Shown one piece after another: positions 47,143-57,702 of a DNA stretch of 64,000 nt. The first letter of the stretch is position 1. Every line of letters starts with the position of its first letter. The notes below the pieces were generated by a model. It saw only the letters and a program-made list of their open reading frames with translations. It had not been told where the DNA came from and did not search any database. A program made the position numbers and the translations under genes. Source of the DNA: an uncultured Collinsella sp. (lineage in GTDB: Bacteria; Actinomycetota; Coriobacteriia; Coriobacteriales; Coriobacteriaceae). The stretch is taken from contig UQIT01000003.1 in assembly GCA_900541175.1 (NCBI GenBank), positions 40,133 through 104,132 on the forward strand. The letters are read 5' to 3'.

Positions 47143-48051
47143 TTATTTGCGCATCAAACCGCCGCGCTCGTCGATGGCATCCCAGAAGGCGCCGGCAAAG
47201 CGAGGATCGCTTGCAGCCATGAGGGCGTTGGTGGCCATCCAGCCAGACGGGGTACCGGTATCGTAGCCCGACAGCGGGTCGATGACAACAGCGTACATGG
47301 CCTCGCGATCGAGCGAACGGGCCATAGCGTCGGTCAGCTGGATCTCGCCGCCCTTACCGGCCTGCTGATCGGCGAGCAAGTCCATGACCAACGGGCTCAG
47401 CAGGTAGCGACCGACGATGTACAGGTTGGACGGAGCCGCCTCGGGAGCGGGCTTCTCGACCAGGCCGCCGATGCGCCAAACGGCACCGGGCTCGTCGTCG
47501 GCGGCATTCTCGAAGCCCTCGAGAGCGCCCACGCGATCGCCGGCGATAACGCCATAGCGGCTGACTTCCTCGGGAGCGCACGCGGCAACGGCGATAACAG
47601 AAGCGCCACCGTGCTCCTTGGAGACGGCAAGCATCTTGTCGCAGATGTCGCGGTTGGGCACAACGTAGTCGCCCAGAAGAACCAGGAAGTTCTCCCCCGC
47701 CACAGCGTCAGCGGCAGAGCGAATGGCGTGACCGAGGCCCTTGGGCTCGTACTGATAGCGGAAGTCGACCGGCATACCGCCCGCATGGGCGACGGCGTCG
47801 GCATAAGCATCCTTGCCGCGCTCGCGCAGCAGGTTCTCGAGCGAACGATCGGGCTGGAAGTAGCTCAGCAACTCGGGCTTGCCGGGAGAGGTGACGATAA
47901 TGGCGTCGTCGACCTCCTCGGGGTCGAGCGCCTCCTCGACGACGTACTGGATGACCGGCTTGTCGAGCACCGGCAGCATCTCTTTAGGCGTGCACTTGGT
48001 GCCAGGCAGAAAACGCGTGCCAAGACCGGCGGCGGGGATGATTGCCTTCAT
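47143..48051 (-). CDS. galU: UTP--glucose-1-phosphate uridylyltransferase.
   Basis: MKAIIPAAGLGTRFLPGTKCTPKEMLPVLDKPVIQYVVEEA matches the GalU signature. Confidence 0.9.
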   Translation of the reverse strand: MKAIIPAAGLGTRFLPGTKCTPKEMLPVLDKPVIQYVVEEALDPEEVDDAIIVTSPGKPELLSYFQPDRSLENLLRERGKDAYADAVAHAGGMPVDFRYQYEPKGLGHAIRSAADAVAGENFLVLLGDYVVPNRDICDKMLAVSKEHGGASVIAVAACAPEEVSRYGVIAGDRVGALEGFENAADDEPGAVWRIGGLVEKPAPEAAPSNLYIVGRYLLSPLVMDLLADQQAGKGGEIQLTDAMARSLDREAMYAVVIDPLSGYDTGTPSGWMATNALMAASDPRFAGAFWDAIDERGGLMRK

Positions 48052-48300
48052 AGTATTCAGGGATCCTTTCGCAGGCGCAGGATGCGCCCTGTGCGTGCGG
48101 CACGGCGGCCGCAGACCAAATTGCGATACCGGTTTATCTTACCGCCGTTAATTAACGTTACTGTAGGCAAGCGCCATTCTTCAGCAGGTCAACGCAAATT
48201 ATTGCTCGAATGGTGCAATTTTATCGCCCAACGGTAGCGACCCCAAAGCACCGCAAGCGGCAGCAATTTGTATGCCAAGCCAACAAAATAGAGGGATCAA

Positions 48301-48336
48301 AACGAAAAAGACGGGGCTCGCAATGCGAACCCCGTC
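48301..48336 (-). terminator. Intrinsic terminator after rplL.
   Basis: Minus-strand read GACGGGGTTCGCATTGCGAGCCCCGTC followed by TTTTTCGTTTT. Confidence 0.75.
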
Positions 48337-48364
48337 TGCAAAGAAATCTGGCGAGAAAGCCTGA

Positions 48365-48742
48365 TTACTTGAGGGTGACAGCAGCGCCAGCAGCCTCGAG
48401 CTTCTCCTTGGCAGCCTCGGCGTCCTCCTTCTTGGCACCCTCGAGAACAGCCTTGGGAGCGCCCTCGACGACCTCCTTGGCCTCCTTCAGGCCAAGGTTG
48501 GTGAGCTCACGGACGGCCTTGATGACCTGGATCTTGTTGTCGCCGAAGCCCTCGAGCACGACGTCAAACTCGGTCTTCTCCTCGGCCTCAGCAGCGCCAG
48601 CAGCGGGAGCGGCGACAACAGCGGCAGGAGCAGCGGCGGAAACGCCGAAGGTGTCCTCGATAGCCTTAACGAGCTCGGAAGCCTCGAGAAGGGTCATTTC
48701 CTTAAGAGCATCGATGATCTCATCGGTGGTAAGCTTAGCCAT
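48365..48742 (-). CDS. rplL: 50S ribosomal protein L7/L12.
   Basis: [34 protein letters not shown]. The ORF extension to 48775 is rejected. Confidence 0.95.
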   Translation of the reverse strand: MAKLTTDEIIDALKEMTLLEASELVKAIEDTFGVSAAAPAAVVAAPAAGAAEAEEKTEFDVVLEGFGDNKIQVIKAVRELTNLGLKEAKEVVEGAPKAVLEGAKKEDAEAAKEKLEAAGAAVTLK

Positions 48743-48844
48743 TTCTAAGTCCTTTCGGTTTCCGTGTCTGTGCACGGAGATCAGTTAAAACACGGCGCGA
48801 ATGCGCCAGGGGTGCGGCGTTGCCGCCGCGGGTGAAAACAGCGA

Positions 48845-49366
48845 CTAGGCTGCCTTCTGCTCGGAGACCTGCTGGATCGAACGAGCGAGACCAGAGGAAA
48901 CGCCGTTGACGCAGACAGCGATGTCGCGAGCGAAACCGGAGATGAGACCGGCGATCTGGCCGAGAAGCTGGTCCTTGGTGGGCAGCTCGGCGATAGCCTT
49001 AACATCATCAGCGGAAACGGCCTTGCCGTCGGAGATACCGCCCTTGATCTCAAGGACGCCCTTGGACTTAGCGGAGAAGTCCTTAAGGGTCTTAGCGGCC
49101 TCGACCGGCTCGGTCTCGTAGAACACATAAGCGACGGGGCCGGCGAGGATCTCGTCGAGCTCGGGCTGCTCCTGGTTCTTGAGAGCGATCTTGACCAGGT
49201 TGTTCTTGTAGACCTTCATCTCGGCGCCGCACTCGCGAAGCTGATGACGCAGCTCCTGAGCCTGCTTAACCGTCAGACCGTTGTAGTTGACGACGAACAG
49301 ACCGGCGTTCTCGGCGATACGGGACTCGATCTCTGCAACCTTGTCGATTTTGTACTGCTGGGGCAT
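48845..49366 (-). CDS. rplJ: 50S ribosomal protein L10.
   Basis: L10 family match, directly upstream of rplL. Confidence 0.9.
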   Translation of the reverse strand: MPQQYKIDKVAEIESRIAENAGLFVVNYNGLTVKQAQELRHQLRECGAEMKVYKNNLVKIALKNQEQPELDEILAGPVAYVFYETEPVEAAKTLKDFSAKSKGVLEIKGGISDGKAVSADDVKAIAELPTKDQLLGQIAGLISGFARDIAVCVNGVSSGLARSIQQVSEQKAA

Positions 49367-49651
49367 GAATTACACCTCCTCGATTTCTTTCCGGGCACGG
49401 TCCGCCACAAGGACGTGACGGGGGCATGTCCAAAAAGAAAGCCCCCGCGCTGCATGAGCGACGGGGGCGAGAAGACATATCTACTCGACCACCTCGGCTG
49501 GCGGGATATCCCATTAAGCTCGCGGGCGATGCCCGTTTGCACCGGCTGTCTCTGGCAGCGGATTCGTGCGTGAACCGAAAGTATTATGGCGGGGACCCCG
49601 GCGTCGGTCAACGGAAAACCGGGCTGTACACAATTCCACCATCCGGCCGCA

Positions 49652-49770
49652 CCGCCGAAGGCCAGGCGCAAGGTTTTCGCTCGGTCAAGTCCTGGCTCGC
49701 ACGAAGGCCACATTAAGTGGCCTTCGGCTCGTGCGGAATCTACGAAAACCTTGCGCCTGGCCTTCGGCGG
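49652..49770. repeat. Long hairpin element, copy C (diverged), upstream of rplJ: a perfect 28-bp outer stem.
   Basis: Arms CCGCCGAAGGCCAGGCGCAAGGTTTTCG and its reverse complement. The core keeps AGTCCTG, the CAC-ATTAA-GTG loop and CGTGCGGAA. The inner stem CGAAGGCCAC/GTGGCCTTCG replaces GGAAAGCAC/GTGCTTTCC of copies A and B with full pairing preserved. Confidence 0.8.
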
Positions 49771-49870
49771 CGCGTGCCTGCGTTGACTTTGGGCAGCCCG
49801 GGTTTTCGTTGGCTGACGCCCCCACTCATAATGCTTGGGTCGGTGGGCTGATGTGTTGCGTCCCTGATGG

Positions 49871-51007
49871 CTATAGGGTTGAGACGAAGGTGGACAGGCG
49901 GCGGAGACCTTCGTCCAAATCCTTGTCGGAGACGCAGTAGCTTAGGCGGATGTGGCCTTCGGTGCCGAAGCAGTCGCCCGGGACTAGGGCTACGTTTGCT
50001 TCTTTGATGGCCTTGATGCAGAAGTCTTCGCTTGTTAGGCCATGCTGTTTGATGCTGGGGAAGGCGTAGAAGGCGCCCGCGGGCTCCACGACGTCCAGGC
50101 CCATGGCGTCTAAGGCTGCGAGCACGCGTTCGCGGCGGGCTCGGTAGACTTTGAGCATGGGGGTTGGGTCGACGGTGAGGGCTCGGGCTGCGGCGCCCAT
50201 TTCGAAGGAGACGGCGCTCGATACTAGGTATTGGTGAGCCTTGGCGATCTCGGCGATGACGGGTGCCGCCGCTGCGAGCCAACCCAGGCGCCAGCCGGTC
50301 ATAGCCCATGGCTTGGAGAAGCTCTCGATGACCACCGTCTGCTCGCGCAGCTCCGAGTGGCGCTGGGCAAAGCGCTCGTAGCCGTCCACGTAGACCAGGC
50401 GGTTATATACGTCGTCGCAGACCACGTAGATGCCCGCCTGCTCCGCTACGCGCGCCACGGCGTCGAGCGATGCCGCGTCGAGGATGCATCCCGTGGGATT
50501 GTTGGGCGAGCAGATGACGATAGCCTTGGTCGCCGGCGTCACACAGGCACGAAGCGCCTCCTCGTCAATCTGGAATTGCGTAGGCTCCGTATCCAAAAAG
50601 ACCGCTTTGGCGTGGTTGGCCACGACGATGCTCTCGTACAGGCCAAAGGCCGGCGTGGGGATAATGACCTCGTCGCCGGGGTTGAGCATAGCCATGAATG
50701 TTGCCGACAGGGCCTCGGTCGCGCCGTCGGTCAGGATGACCTCGTCGGCCGAAAACGTAAGGCCCGCATCCCCCATGTAGGCAGACAGCGCTTCGCGCAG
50801 AGCGGGGCGACCGTTGTTGGGCGGATAGTGCGTGTCGCCGCGGTCCAACGAAGCGGTCACCTCGGCGCCAATCACATCGGGCGTGGAAAAATCGGGCTCG
50901 CCGAGCGCAAGCGCGATGCACCCTGGGTGCTGGGCAGCGAGCGCGTTAATCCGACGGATGCCGGAGGGTTTAAGCGTGGCAAGCGAGGTATTCATGGGCA
51001 GACGCAT
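49871..51007 (-). CDS. Class I/II pyridoxal-phosphate-dependent aminotransferase.
   Basis: SFSKPWAMTGWRLGW PLP-lysine motif. RBS GAAAGGA upstream. Confidence 0.8.
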   Translation of the reverse strand: MRLPMNTSLATLKPSGIRRINALAAQHPGCIALALGEPDFSTPDVIGAEVTASLDRGDTHYPPNNGRPALREALSAYMGDAGLTFSADEVILTDGATEALSATFMAMLNPGDEVIIPTPAFGLYESIVVANHAKAVFLDTEPTQFQIDEEALRACVTPATKAIVICSPNNPTGCILDAASLDAVARVAEQAGIYVVCDDVYNRLVYVDGYERFAQRHSELREQTVVIESFSKPWAMTGWRLGWLAAAAPVIAEIAKAHQYLVSSAVSFEMGAAARALTVDPTPMLKVYRARRERVLAALDAMGLDVVEPAGAFYAFPSIKQHGLTSEDFCIKAIKEANVALVPGDCFGTEGHIRLSYCVSDKDLDEGLRRLSTFVSTL

Positions 51008-51100
51008 GGCATTCCTTTCGTAAGGGTTGCACTAGGATAGCGCGGCGGGGCGCCGTCAGACGGTGTAACCTAAACGGAAACCAACCGGAAAGGAGGCGGC

Positions 51101-51763
51101 ATGGAGACGATCGCGCGCGGCGATAAGCCCAAAACGCTGCAAACCATTGCGTATGTCAGTATTCCCGATAGCGCCGATCTTGAGTTTTTGCTTTGGGACC
51201 TGCAGGATGCCATCGCCGCCTATACCCAGCTTTCCGGCACCGCGCTCCCCCGCCCGGTTGATTTGGAGACGGATGATGCCGGCAGCGTTGCCGATGGCAT
51301 CGTGTTGGCCATTGAAGATGTGGCTGACGATGAGACGTTGACAGCTATCGAGCAGGCGCTTGAGCGCTTTGGCGGCACGGGAACGCGCGTCTATGCCGCG
51401 ATTCGAGCCGCACAAGAGGGCGCTAAGCAGGCGCGCGGGACCGCCGTTCGTCTGCACGAGGCATGTGAGCGCCATGACCAATTGTGGTGTGGCGGCGTTG
51501 TCGTCTGTGCCGGCAGCGGTATTGCGGCGCTTCGCCACTCCTCGCGTATGGGCTTCTTGCGCCGGCCATTTTCCGAAGCGATGGACAAGCTCGTAGGCGC
51601 CGTTCGCATGGGCTGCTCCATCGAGCATGCGCAGCGACTTGGCGGCGGCAATGCCGGTAGCGTCGATGACGACGGCATGGTTTGCGCCGAGCCAGCCGTG
51701 CCCGCGCCGATCTGGCGAGGCGTTCTGAAACGCCTCGGCGCCCGCGCCCAATCAGATATCTAA
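51101..51763 (+). CDS. Hypothetical protein of unknown function.
   Basis: 220 aa. AAAGGAGG RBS lies 6 nt before the ATG. The overlapping minus-strand ORF 51056..51751 is Ala/Gly/Arg-rich and judged a shadow. No recognisable motif. Confidence 0.5.
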   Translation: METIARGDKPKTLQTIAYVSIPDSADLEFLLWDLQDAIAAYTQLSGTALPRPVDLETDDAGSVADGIVLAIEDVADDETLTAIEQALERFGGTGTRVYAAIRAAQEGAKQARGTAVRLHEACERHDQLWCGGVVVCAGSGIAALRHSSRMGFLRRPFSEAMDKLVGAVRMGCSIEHAQRLGGGNAGSVDDDGMVCAEPAVPAPIWRGVLKRLGARAQSDI

Positions 51764-51764
51764 A

Positions 51765-52328
51765 TTAGAGAGCGGCCCAGCCAACGGCTTCGTGCCAACG
51801 TTCAACAAGACGCTCCAGACGCCAGGCGGCATTGGCGGGACTCGTCGAGGGCAGGACGATGGCGGGCAGCCCGGTGCGTTCTTGTAGATAGCGCTTGTAG
51901 AGCCGGCCAGCTGCACCTCCGTTGCATACCACCTGCTCAATAGGCGTATTGTCCGCAATGCGCTCGATATGTGCCGGCACAACGTTGCGAATGCTCGCGT
52001 CACTCGAGCCCTTAATGTCACAGCTCTCGATCACGTCCCACAGGGCCACGCCGCCGTTCAGCAGCATGGATCGCTTAGCAGCAATCGAGGCGTCGAGCGT
52101 CGCGGGCTCACCGCTTGCCAAAGAATCGCCCTCGTTGGGCGGCACAGGCACGCCGAGACACGCGGCCATCACGCGCCAAAAGCGATTCTGAGGGTTGCCG
52201 TAATAAAAGGCATTGGCGCGCGAAAGCACCGAGGGAAACGACCCGAGCACCAAAACGCGCGAGTGCTGGTCGAACACGGGTTCAAACCCATGCTCAATAT
52301 GTTGATAGCCCTCATCAGACGCCGTCAT
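51765..52328 (-). CDS. DNA-deoxyinosine glycosylase (UDG family 6, hypoxanthine-DNA glycosylase-like).
   Basis: VLVLGSFPSVLS motif. Confidence 0.65.
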   Translation of the reverse strand: MTASDEGYQHIEHGFEPVFDQHSRVLVLGSFPSVLSRANAFYYGNPQNRFWRVMAACLGVPVPPNEGDSLASGEPATLDASIAAKRSMLLNGGVALWDVIESCDIKGSSDASIRNVVPAHIERIADNTPIEQVVCNGGAAGRLYKRYLQERTGLPAIVLPSTSPANAAWRLERLVERWHEAVGWAAL

Positions 52329-52331
52329 GAT

Positions 52332-53708
52332 CTAGACCCTCAACAGATAGCGCACCTCGTAGGGCGCAAGCTCAAGAGAGCCCGCCAGCTCGACCGTGGG
52401 CACGCCGTCGGCAAGCAGGTCGACAAAGGACCCGTTGAGCTCGCCGGCGCCAAAGGTGTAAGGCTCGTTCACGGCGTTCACCGCCACGAGCACCGTCGCG
52501 TCGTCGCAGGTGCGCTCGAACAGCAGCTGCTTGTTCTGGATCACCACGTTGCGATAGGCACCGTAGTTGAGAGCACGGGCCGCCGCGTCGTCGGCTGCGC
52601 GCAGGTGCGTGAGCTGCTTGATGAAAGCCGTCAGCTCGTTGGGCGCAGGCTCATCGAGCGCAGGTCGCAGCGCCCAGTCGCCATCGGGGCCGCCCTTTTC
52701 GCCAGCAATTCCCCACTCGCTGCCATAGTAGACGCACGGGATGCCCGGCATGCCAAAGAGCATGCCATAGGCGGGACGCAGGCACGATTTGTCGGTAAGG
52801 ATGCTTGCCAGGCGCGGCACGTCGTGGTTGTCGACAAACGACAGCAGGTGCTTGCCGCGGTAGATGCACCAGGGGTCGCCGCCAAACTGACGGTGCAGCG
52901 AGTGCGCGATCTCGAACATATTGACCGAGTTAAAGCTAGAGTACAGGCCCTTGTAGCACTCGTAGTTGGTGCAGGAGTCGAGCATCTCGTCGTTGACGAT
53001 CTGGTTGTAGTCGCCGTGGAGCGTCTCGCCGATCAGCACGAAGTCGGGCTTGAGCTCGCGGGTAAAGGCATGTAGGCGGCGCATAAAGTCGCGGTCGAGC
53101 ATATAGGCGACGTCCAGACGCAGGCCGTCGACGCCAAAGACCTCGGCCCAGCGGCGCACGGACTCGAGCAGGTAATCGACCACGGCAGGGTTTTGCAAGT
53201 TGAGCTTCACGAGCTCAAAATGGCCTTCCCAGCCCTCGTACCAAAAGCCGTCGCCGTAGCAGGAGTCGCCGTCAAAGCTGATGTGGAACCAATCCTTGTA
53301 GGGCGAGTCCCACTTACGCTCCTGCACATCGCGGAAGGCCCAAAAGCCACGGCCCACATGGTTGAAGACCGCATCGAGTACCACGCGGATGCCGTGGGCG
53401 TGCAGCGTCTCGCATACGGCGGCAAAATCGGCATCCCCACCCAGGCGGCGGTCGATATGGCGCAGGCTACGCGTATCGTAGCCATGGCTATCAGACTCGA
53501 GCGGTGGGTTGATGAGCACGGCGCCAACGCCGAGTTCCTGCAGGTAGTCGGCCCATTGGGCGATTTTCATGATAGGAGCATCGGGGTTGGGCGCGGCGTT
53601 GGCAGCCTGGGCGAGCTCATCCTCGGCAACGGGCGCGGCGTTTTCGCGCGGAGCCCCGCAAAAGCCCAGCGGATAGATCTGATAGAACGTCGTCTCGTAT
53701 GCCCACAT
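52332..53708 (-). CDS. Glycoside hydrolase family 13 (alpha-amylase family) enzyme.
   Basis: Conserved regions GVDGLRLDVAYML, LIGETLHGD and FVDNHDVPR. ATG at 53708 has a GGGAGG RBS. Confidence 0.8.
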   Translation of the reverse strand: MWAYETTFYQIYPLGFCGAPRENAAPVAEDELAQAANAAPNPDAPIMKIAQWADYLQELGVGAVLINPPLESDSHGYDTRSLRHIDRRLGGDADFAAVCETLHAHGIRVVLDAVFNHVGRGFWAFRDVQERKWDSPYKDWFHISFDGDSCYGDGFWYEGWEGHFELVKLNLQNPAVVDYLLESVRRWAEVFGVDGLRLDVAYMLDRDFMRRLHAFTRELKPDFVLIGETLHGDYNQIVNDEMLDSCTNYECYKGLYSSFNSVNMFEIAHSLHRQFGGDPWCIYRGKHLLSFVDNHDVPRLASILTDKSCLRPAYGMLFGMPGIPCVYYGSEWGIAGEKGGPDGDWALRPALDEPAPNELTAFIKQLTHLRAADDAAARALNYGAYRNVVIQNKQLLFERTCDDATVLVAVNAVNEPYTFGAGELNGSFVDLLADGVPTVELAGSLELAPYEVRYLLRV

Positions 53709-53779
53709 AACAGCCTCCCGGAAATCCTTCACGCAACGCCACCCATTGTATGCCCAGCTTGTATCCTCTTCCCCAAAAT

Positions 53780-53847
53780 AAGTTGCGGTGGAATAGTTCC
53801 TGCTTGGGCCTTCAGAGGCCTTAAACAGGAACTGTTTCACCGCAACT
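53780..53847. repeat. Palindromic element D, copy 1: 22-bp arms AAGTTGCGGTGGAATAGTTCCTG / CAGGAACTGTTTCACCGCAACT around a 23-nt loop.
   Basis: The arms are shared with 63298..63364. It begins 16 bp after the MFS gene stop, so it is probably a terminator. Confidence 0.7.
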
Positions 53848-53863
53848 GATGAGGAGGATGTGG

Positions 53864-55060
53864 CTAGGCGACGGGCTTTGCGCGGCGTATGGCTGGGAAC
53901 ATCACCGTGATGGCGAGGATGACGCCCACGACGGCAATCGCCCCACCCGCGAAGCCGATCCAAGCGATACCGGGACCCGAAACCACGGCGCCGCCGATTG
54001 CGGTGCCCGTGCCAATACCGAGGTTAAACAGGCCCGAGAAGATCGACATGGCGACGGCCGACGAATCTGCCGGCGTGTGCTTGATGAGCTCGGCCTGAAA
54101 CGCCACGTTAAAGGCCGTGGCGCAGCAACCCCACAGTGCGCAGACGGCAAGCACTGTCACGAGCGACGATGCGGCCGGCCCCATGAGCAGCAGAGCCACC
54201 GGCACGCCGGAAAGCGTGATAGCAAGGAACGGAAAACGGTGCCCGTCGAACAGGCGGCTGAACAGCCAGCTGCCCACCAAGCCGGAACAGCCAAACGCCG
54301 TCAGCGTCATGGTGATGGCGCCCGCATCGACGTGCGCGACCTGCGCCAGGAATGGCTCGATATAGCTGTAGCTTGCGTAATAGCCGGTCGCCATGAAGAC
54401 CGTGACTGCGTAGAGCGCGATGAGGAGAGGGTTCTTGAGCAGCTCGGGCAGCTGTTTGACGGTAAAGCGCTCACCCGCCGGCATGGCCGGGAACACCGCT
54501 GCCTGGTAGACGACCGCGATGGCTGAGAGGCCCCCGACCACGGCAAACGTCATGCGCCAGCCCACGGCCAAGCCAATGGCGCGACCGAGAGGCAGGCCAA
54601 AGATCTGCGCGATGGACGAGCCCGTGGCGATCATGCTGATGGCGAGCGCGCCGTGGCGAGTGTCGACCAGGCGCGAGGCCATAATCGAGGCGACTGACCA
54701 GAACACGGCATGTGCGCAAGCGACCACCAGGCGCGCGCAGACCAGGATGGGATAGGTCGGCGCCACAGCGGACAGGAACTGACCGAGCGAGAACACGGCC
54801 AGCACGCCCAGCAGCATCCGCTTGAACTCGAAGCGCGAGGCAAACACCATGAGCGGCAACGACAGCAGCATGACGCCCCAGGCATAGACCGAGATCATGA
54901 TGCCAGCTTGGGCCTCGGTGAGCGAAAACGATGCAGCGATGTCGGTCAGCAGGCCGATGGGCATGAACTCCGACGTGTTGAACACGAACGCGCAGCAGGT
55001 GAGCCCGATGAGCGGGAGCCACTGCCTGAGCGTGATGCCGTCTTGCTTTGTTTGAGCCAT
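53864..55060 (-). CDS. MFS transporter (sugar efflux transporter-like).
   Basis: 12 predicted transmembrane segments; GGAGAGG RBS. Confidence 0.75.
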   Translation of the reverse strand: MAQTKQDGITLRQWLPLIGLTCCAFVFNTSEFMPIGLLTDIAASFSLTEAQAGIMISVYAWGVMLLSLPLMVFASRFEFKRMLLGVLAVFSLGQFLSAVAPTYPILVCARLVVACAHAVFWSVASIMASRLVDTRHGALAISMIATGSSIAQIFGLPLGRAIGLAVGWRMTFAVVGGLSAIAVVYQAAVFPAMPAGERFTVKQLPELLKNPLLIALYAVTVFMATGYYASYSYIEPFLAQVAHVDAGAITMTLTAFGCSGLVGSWLFSRLFDGHRFPFLAITLSGVPVALLLMGPAASSLVTVLAVCALWGCCATAFNVAFQAELIKHTPADSSAVAMSIFSGLFNLGIGTGTAIGGAVVSGPGIAWIGFAGGAIAVVGVILAITVMFPAIRRAKPVA

Positions 55061-55235
55061 ATAGGAAAACCTCTCCGATTATCTTGAGCGGTGGGCGATT
55101 ATAGCAATGAGAAGTTTATAAAATGAGCAACAAAAGAATTCTTGGAAAACGATTGTTAACAGACGGCGCGCCAATTCTACTTAGAAAGCAAGGTACGCAG
55201 GAACTCAATGTCGAAAACGCGGCTTCATCTTCGGG

Positions 55236-55989
55236 CTATCGCGCCTGCTCGGATACGCACAAGGACACCCCCATGAGCACGTCAATTTCGAGCCAACTCG
55301 CAACCGCACAATGAACCAGCAAAAGCAGCATATAAGCAAACGCCCCATAATAAAGTCCCTCATGCACAAGCGCCGTCACTGAAAGTGCCGACGGCAGCGC
55401 CGCACTCGAAACTACCCATCCAACAAGAACCTGGATAGCGCAACTTGCAACCAGGTTCCATGCCACCAGCAGCGTTGCGGGACGCGCGATTTCTCTCCAG
55501 GAGGAACGAAGCACCGTGACCGAACGCATGATGTAGCGTGGTGCAAACCGAATGCCTCGTAGTCCCCTCTGCTCCACGTCCGCATCTTCAATTAACACGA
55601 ATACGAACGACGCGGAAAGAAGCGTCACGATTACTGCCACCACAAGCGAGCACAACACCCCGAGCTGACTGCTCGCAAGCGAGGCAAAGACTACAATTGC
55701 CGATAAAATCAAGTGAACCAAATAAATTAGCAGCGCCCCAGAAATCTGGAGGGGAACCGTCGAGGCCATGAGATAAACCGGAGGGGTTCGAGCAGGTTGC
55801 ACCGTCTCTTTGGACCGGTCGACGGCAAATAATGAAAAAGCCACATTCGATAGAAGCAGGTTTAAAAAGGCCGCGACCACAGTGCAAATAAGCGTAATGG
55901 ACGGATAGATATAGGCGAGCTCAGTTGCAACGTTTGATACACCAATTTGAAGCGCGCTCATAACAAACAAGGGGATATATAACGCCATC
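55236..55989 (-). CDS. Hypothetical polytopic membrane protein in a low-GC region; start uncertain (alternative GTG at 56063).
   Basis: At least six hydrophobic helices; no recognisable motif. Local GC is about 50%. Confidence 0.5.
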
Positions 55990-56153
55990 GTGCAGCCACT
56001 CCGGCATTCCTTCGCCCGATCGCCCGATTCCAGAAAGACATTGAAGTTCTCTCGCAAGTTCACTCTATACCCGTTTTCTTACTAAGCAGGGCGAACGGGC
56101 GCCAATATAAACGCCGGTCCGCCCATCCATAATTTCTAGTTTTAACGTCCAGA

Positions 56154-57527
56154 CTAGTCTGTCCAGCCGTCGATGTAGTCGCGGTTAAGCTCAAAGTACT
56201 GCGCGGCGATATCTTTCGCCAAGGAGTACGAATTAACGAGCGGGTGCATCGCGAGGCTCTCGACAATGTCGCGCTTCGATCGGTTAACGATGCCACGCGC
56301 CACGGTGCGCTCGTAGTACTTGACGCGACGAATCAATTCGAGGTTTCCCGCGGGCACAGAATCGGCTTCGACGCGATGCGGCACGCAGCCATCGGTGGAG
56401 ATATCGCACGTTGACTCAATGACATCTGTATCGAGAAGGCCGGGGATGGCGCCATTGTTGGGGGTACACAGGATCATCTGCTGCGTCTTGCCAGAGCGAG
56501 CAATATCCATGAAGCGGAGCGCGACACCTGCATATCCGCCAGCATCTTTGCCGTACACGTCAAACGTCCACGGCTTGTCGCGATGAATACCCGTCTCGGC
56601 CGCCATGTAGTTGTTTTCGCGCATTCCGTACCACTTCTCAAAGCACGCGAGGCCTTTTTCGAAGTCGTTCTCAATATCGATAGATGCAAGCTCGCTCGTC
56701 ATTTCTCGATTAATTTCTTCGATTAGTTCGCCGCGCGTCTGGGGCGAAGAGAGAACGTTGGCAACGGCGCGCTCGCGATAGTAGAAATAGTATAGGTACT
56801 CATTTGGCACGCATCCGCGATTTAGGACGAGGTCCTTCTCGAAGAACCTAAGATCTGTATGAGCATATGCCCCGTCGTCGTGGATCAAGTCGGACATGAT
56901 GTCCTCGCCGTCAACCGTCACATTGCGGAAGAACGAGAGGTGGTTGAGTCCATAGCACTCGCCCTGAACCGATGCGGGATCAACGCCTTTATACTCGGCA
57001 AACTGATGCAACATGCCCGAGGGGGCATCGCAAATGCCATAAGTAAAATCATAGCCCATATCGCGTAGGGCCTGAGATACGACGCCAGCGGGATTAGTAA
57101 AGTTAAACACCTTGACGTCCGGCTTTGCGTACTTCTTGATTAACTCGCAATACGAAGCAAGCGCAGGGACGGAGCGCATGGCAAAAGACACGCCGGCTGC
57201 GCCAGTCGTCTCTTGGCCAAGAACCCCATGCGAAAGAGCAATGCGCTCATCGCGAACGCGCATATGGTCCCCACCGACGCGAATCGTCGTGATCACGTAA
57301 TCGGCGTCCTTAACGGCCTCGACTGCATCGCCCGTCAGTGAAAAATTAAGCGTGGGGCAAAGCATGCCCGAGACATGGGCGGCAAGGCCACCGTAGATGC
57401 GCAGCTTCTCGGGATCATTGTCCATAAACACAAGTTCGTCGATTCCAAGCGATGACGCCTGCTGGGCTATGCTCTTTGCCAAAAACATGGAGCGGACGCC
57501 ACCGCCACCTATGACCGTAAGTTTCAT
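56154..57527 (-). CDS. Glycoside hydrolase family 4 6-phospho-alpha-glucosidase (GlvA/MalH-like).
   Basis: NAD-binding MKLTVIGGGGVRS, plus conserved CDAPSGM and GLNH GH4 motifs. ATG at 57527. Confidence 0.8.
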   Translation of the reverse strand: MKLTVIGGGGVRSMFLAKSIAQQASSLGIDELVFMDNDPEKLRIYGGLAAHVSGMLCPTLNFSLTGDAVEAVKDADYVITTIRVGGDHMRVRDERIALSHGVLGQETTGAAGVSFAMRSVPALASYCELIKKYAKPDVKVFNFTNPAGVVSQALRDMGYDFTYGICDAPSGMLHQFAEYKGVDPASVQGECYGLNHLSFFRNVTVDGEDIMSDLIHDDGAYAHTDLRFFEKDLVLNRGCVPNEYLYYFYYRERAVANVLSSPQTRGELIEEINREMTSELASIDIENDFEKGLACFEKWYGMRENNYMAAETGIHRDKPWTFDVYGKDAGGYAGVALRFMDIARSGKTQQMILCTPNNGAIPGLLDTDVIESTCDISTDGCVPHRVEADSVPAGNLELIRRVKYYERTVARGIVNRSKRDIVESLAMHPLVNSYSLAKDIAAQYFELNRDYIDGWTD

Positions 57528-57702
57528 ATCGAAACCCCCAATTAGCACATTCAATATTGCATGGTTCGCCTGTGTTTGGATATTGTATCCAGCATGGAGG
57601 GCCGCTTCCCGCCCCGGTTGCAAGGCGGGAAAGGAATTCCCCAAGGAGTTATTATTTACGCAACGGAAGCGGCCACACACGTCCGGCGGGAAGGAAGCAC
57701 CG
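57528..57702. promoter_or_regulatory. Divergent promoter region between the GH4 gene and the rpiR-family gene, with palindrome GGATATTGTATCC.
   Basis: Palindrome at 57568-57580. A second hairpin CCGCTTCCCGCC...GGCGGGAAAGG lies nearby. Confidence 0.4.

Noticed and set aside
51056-51751. 231-aa minus-strand ORF overlapping the plus-strand hypothetical gene.
   Set aside because: Ala/Gly/Arg-rich and without an RBS; the plus-strand frame has the RBS and more protein-like composition.
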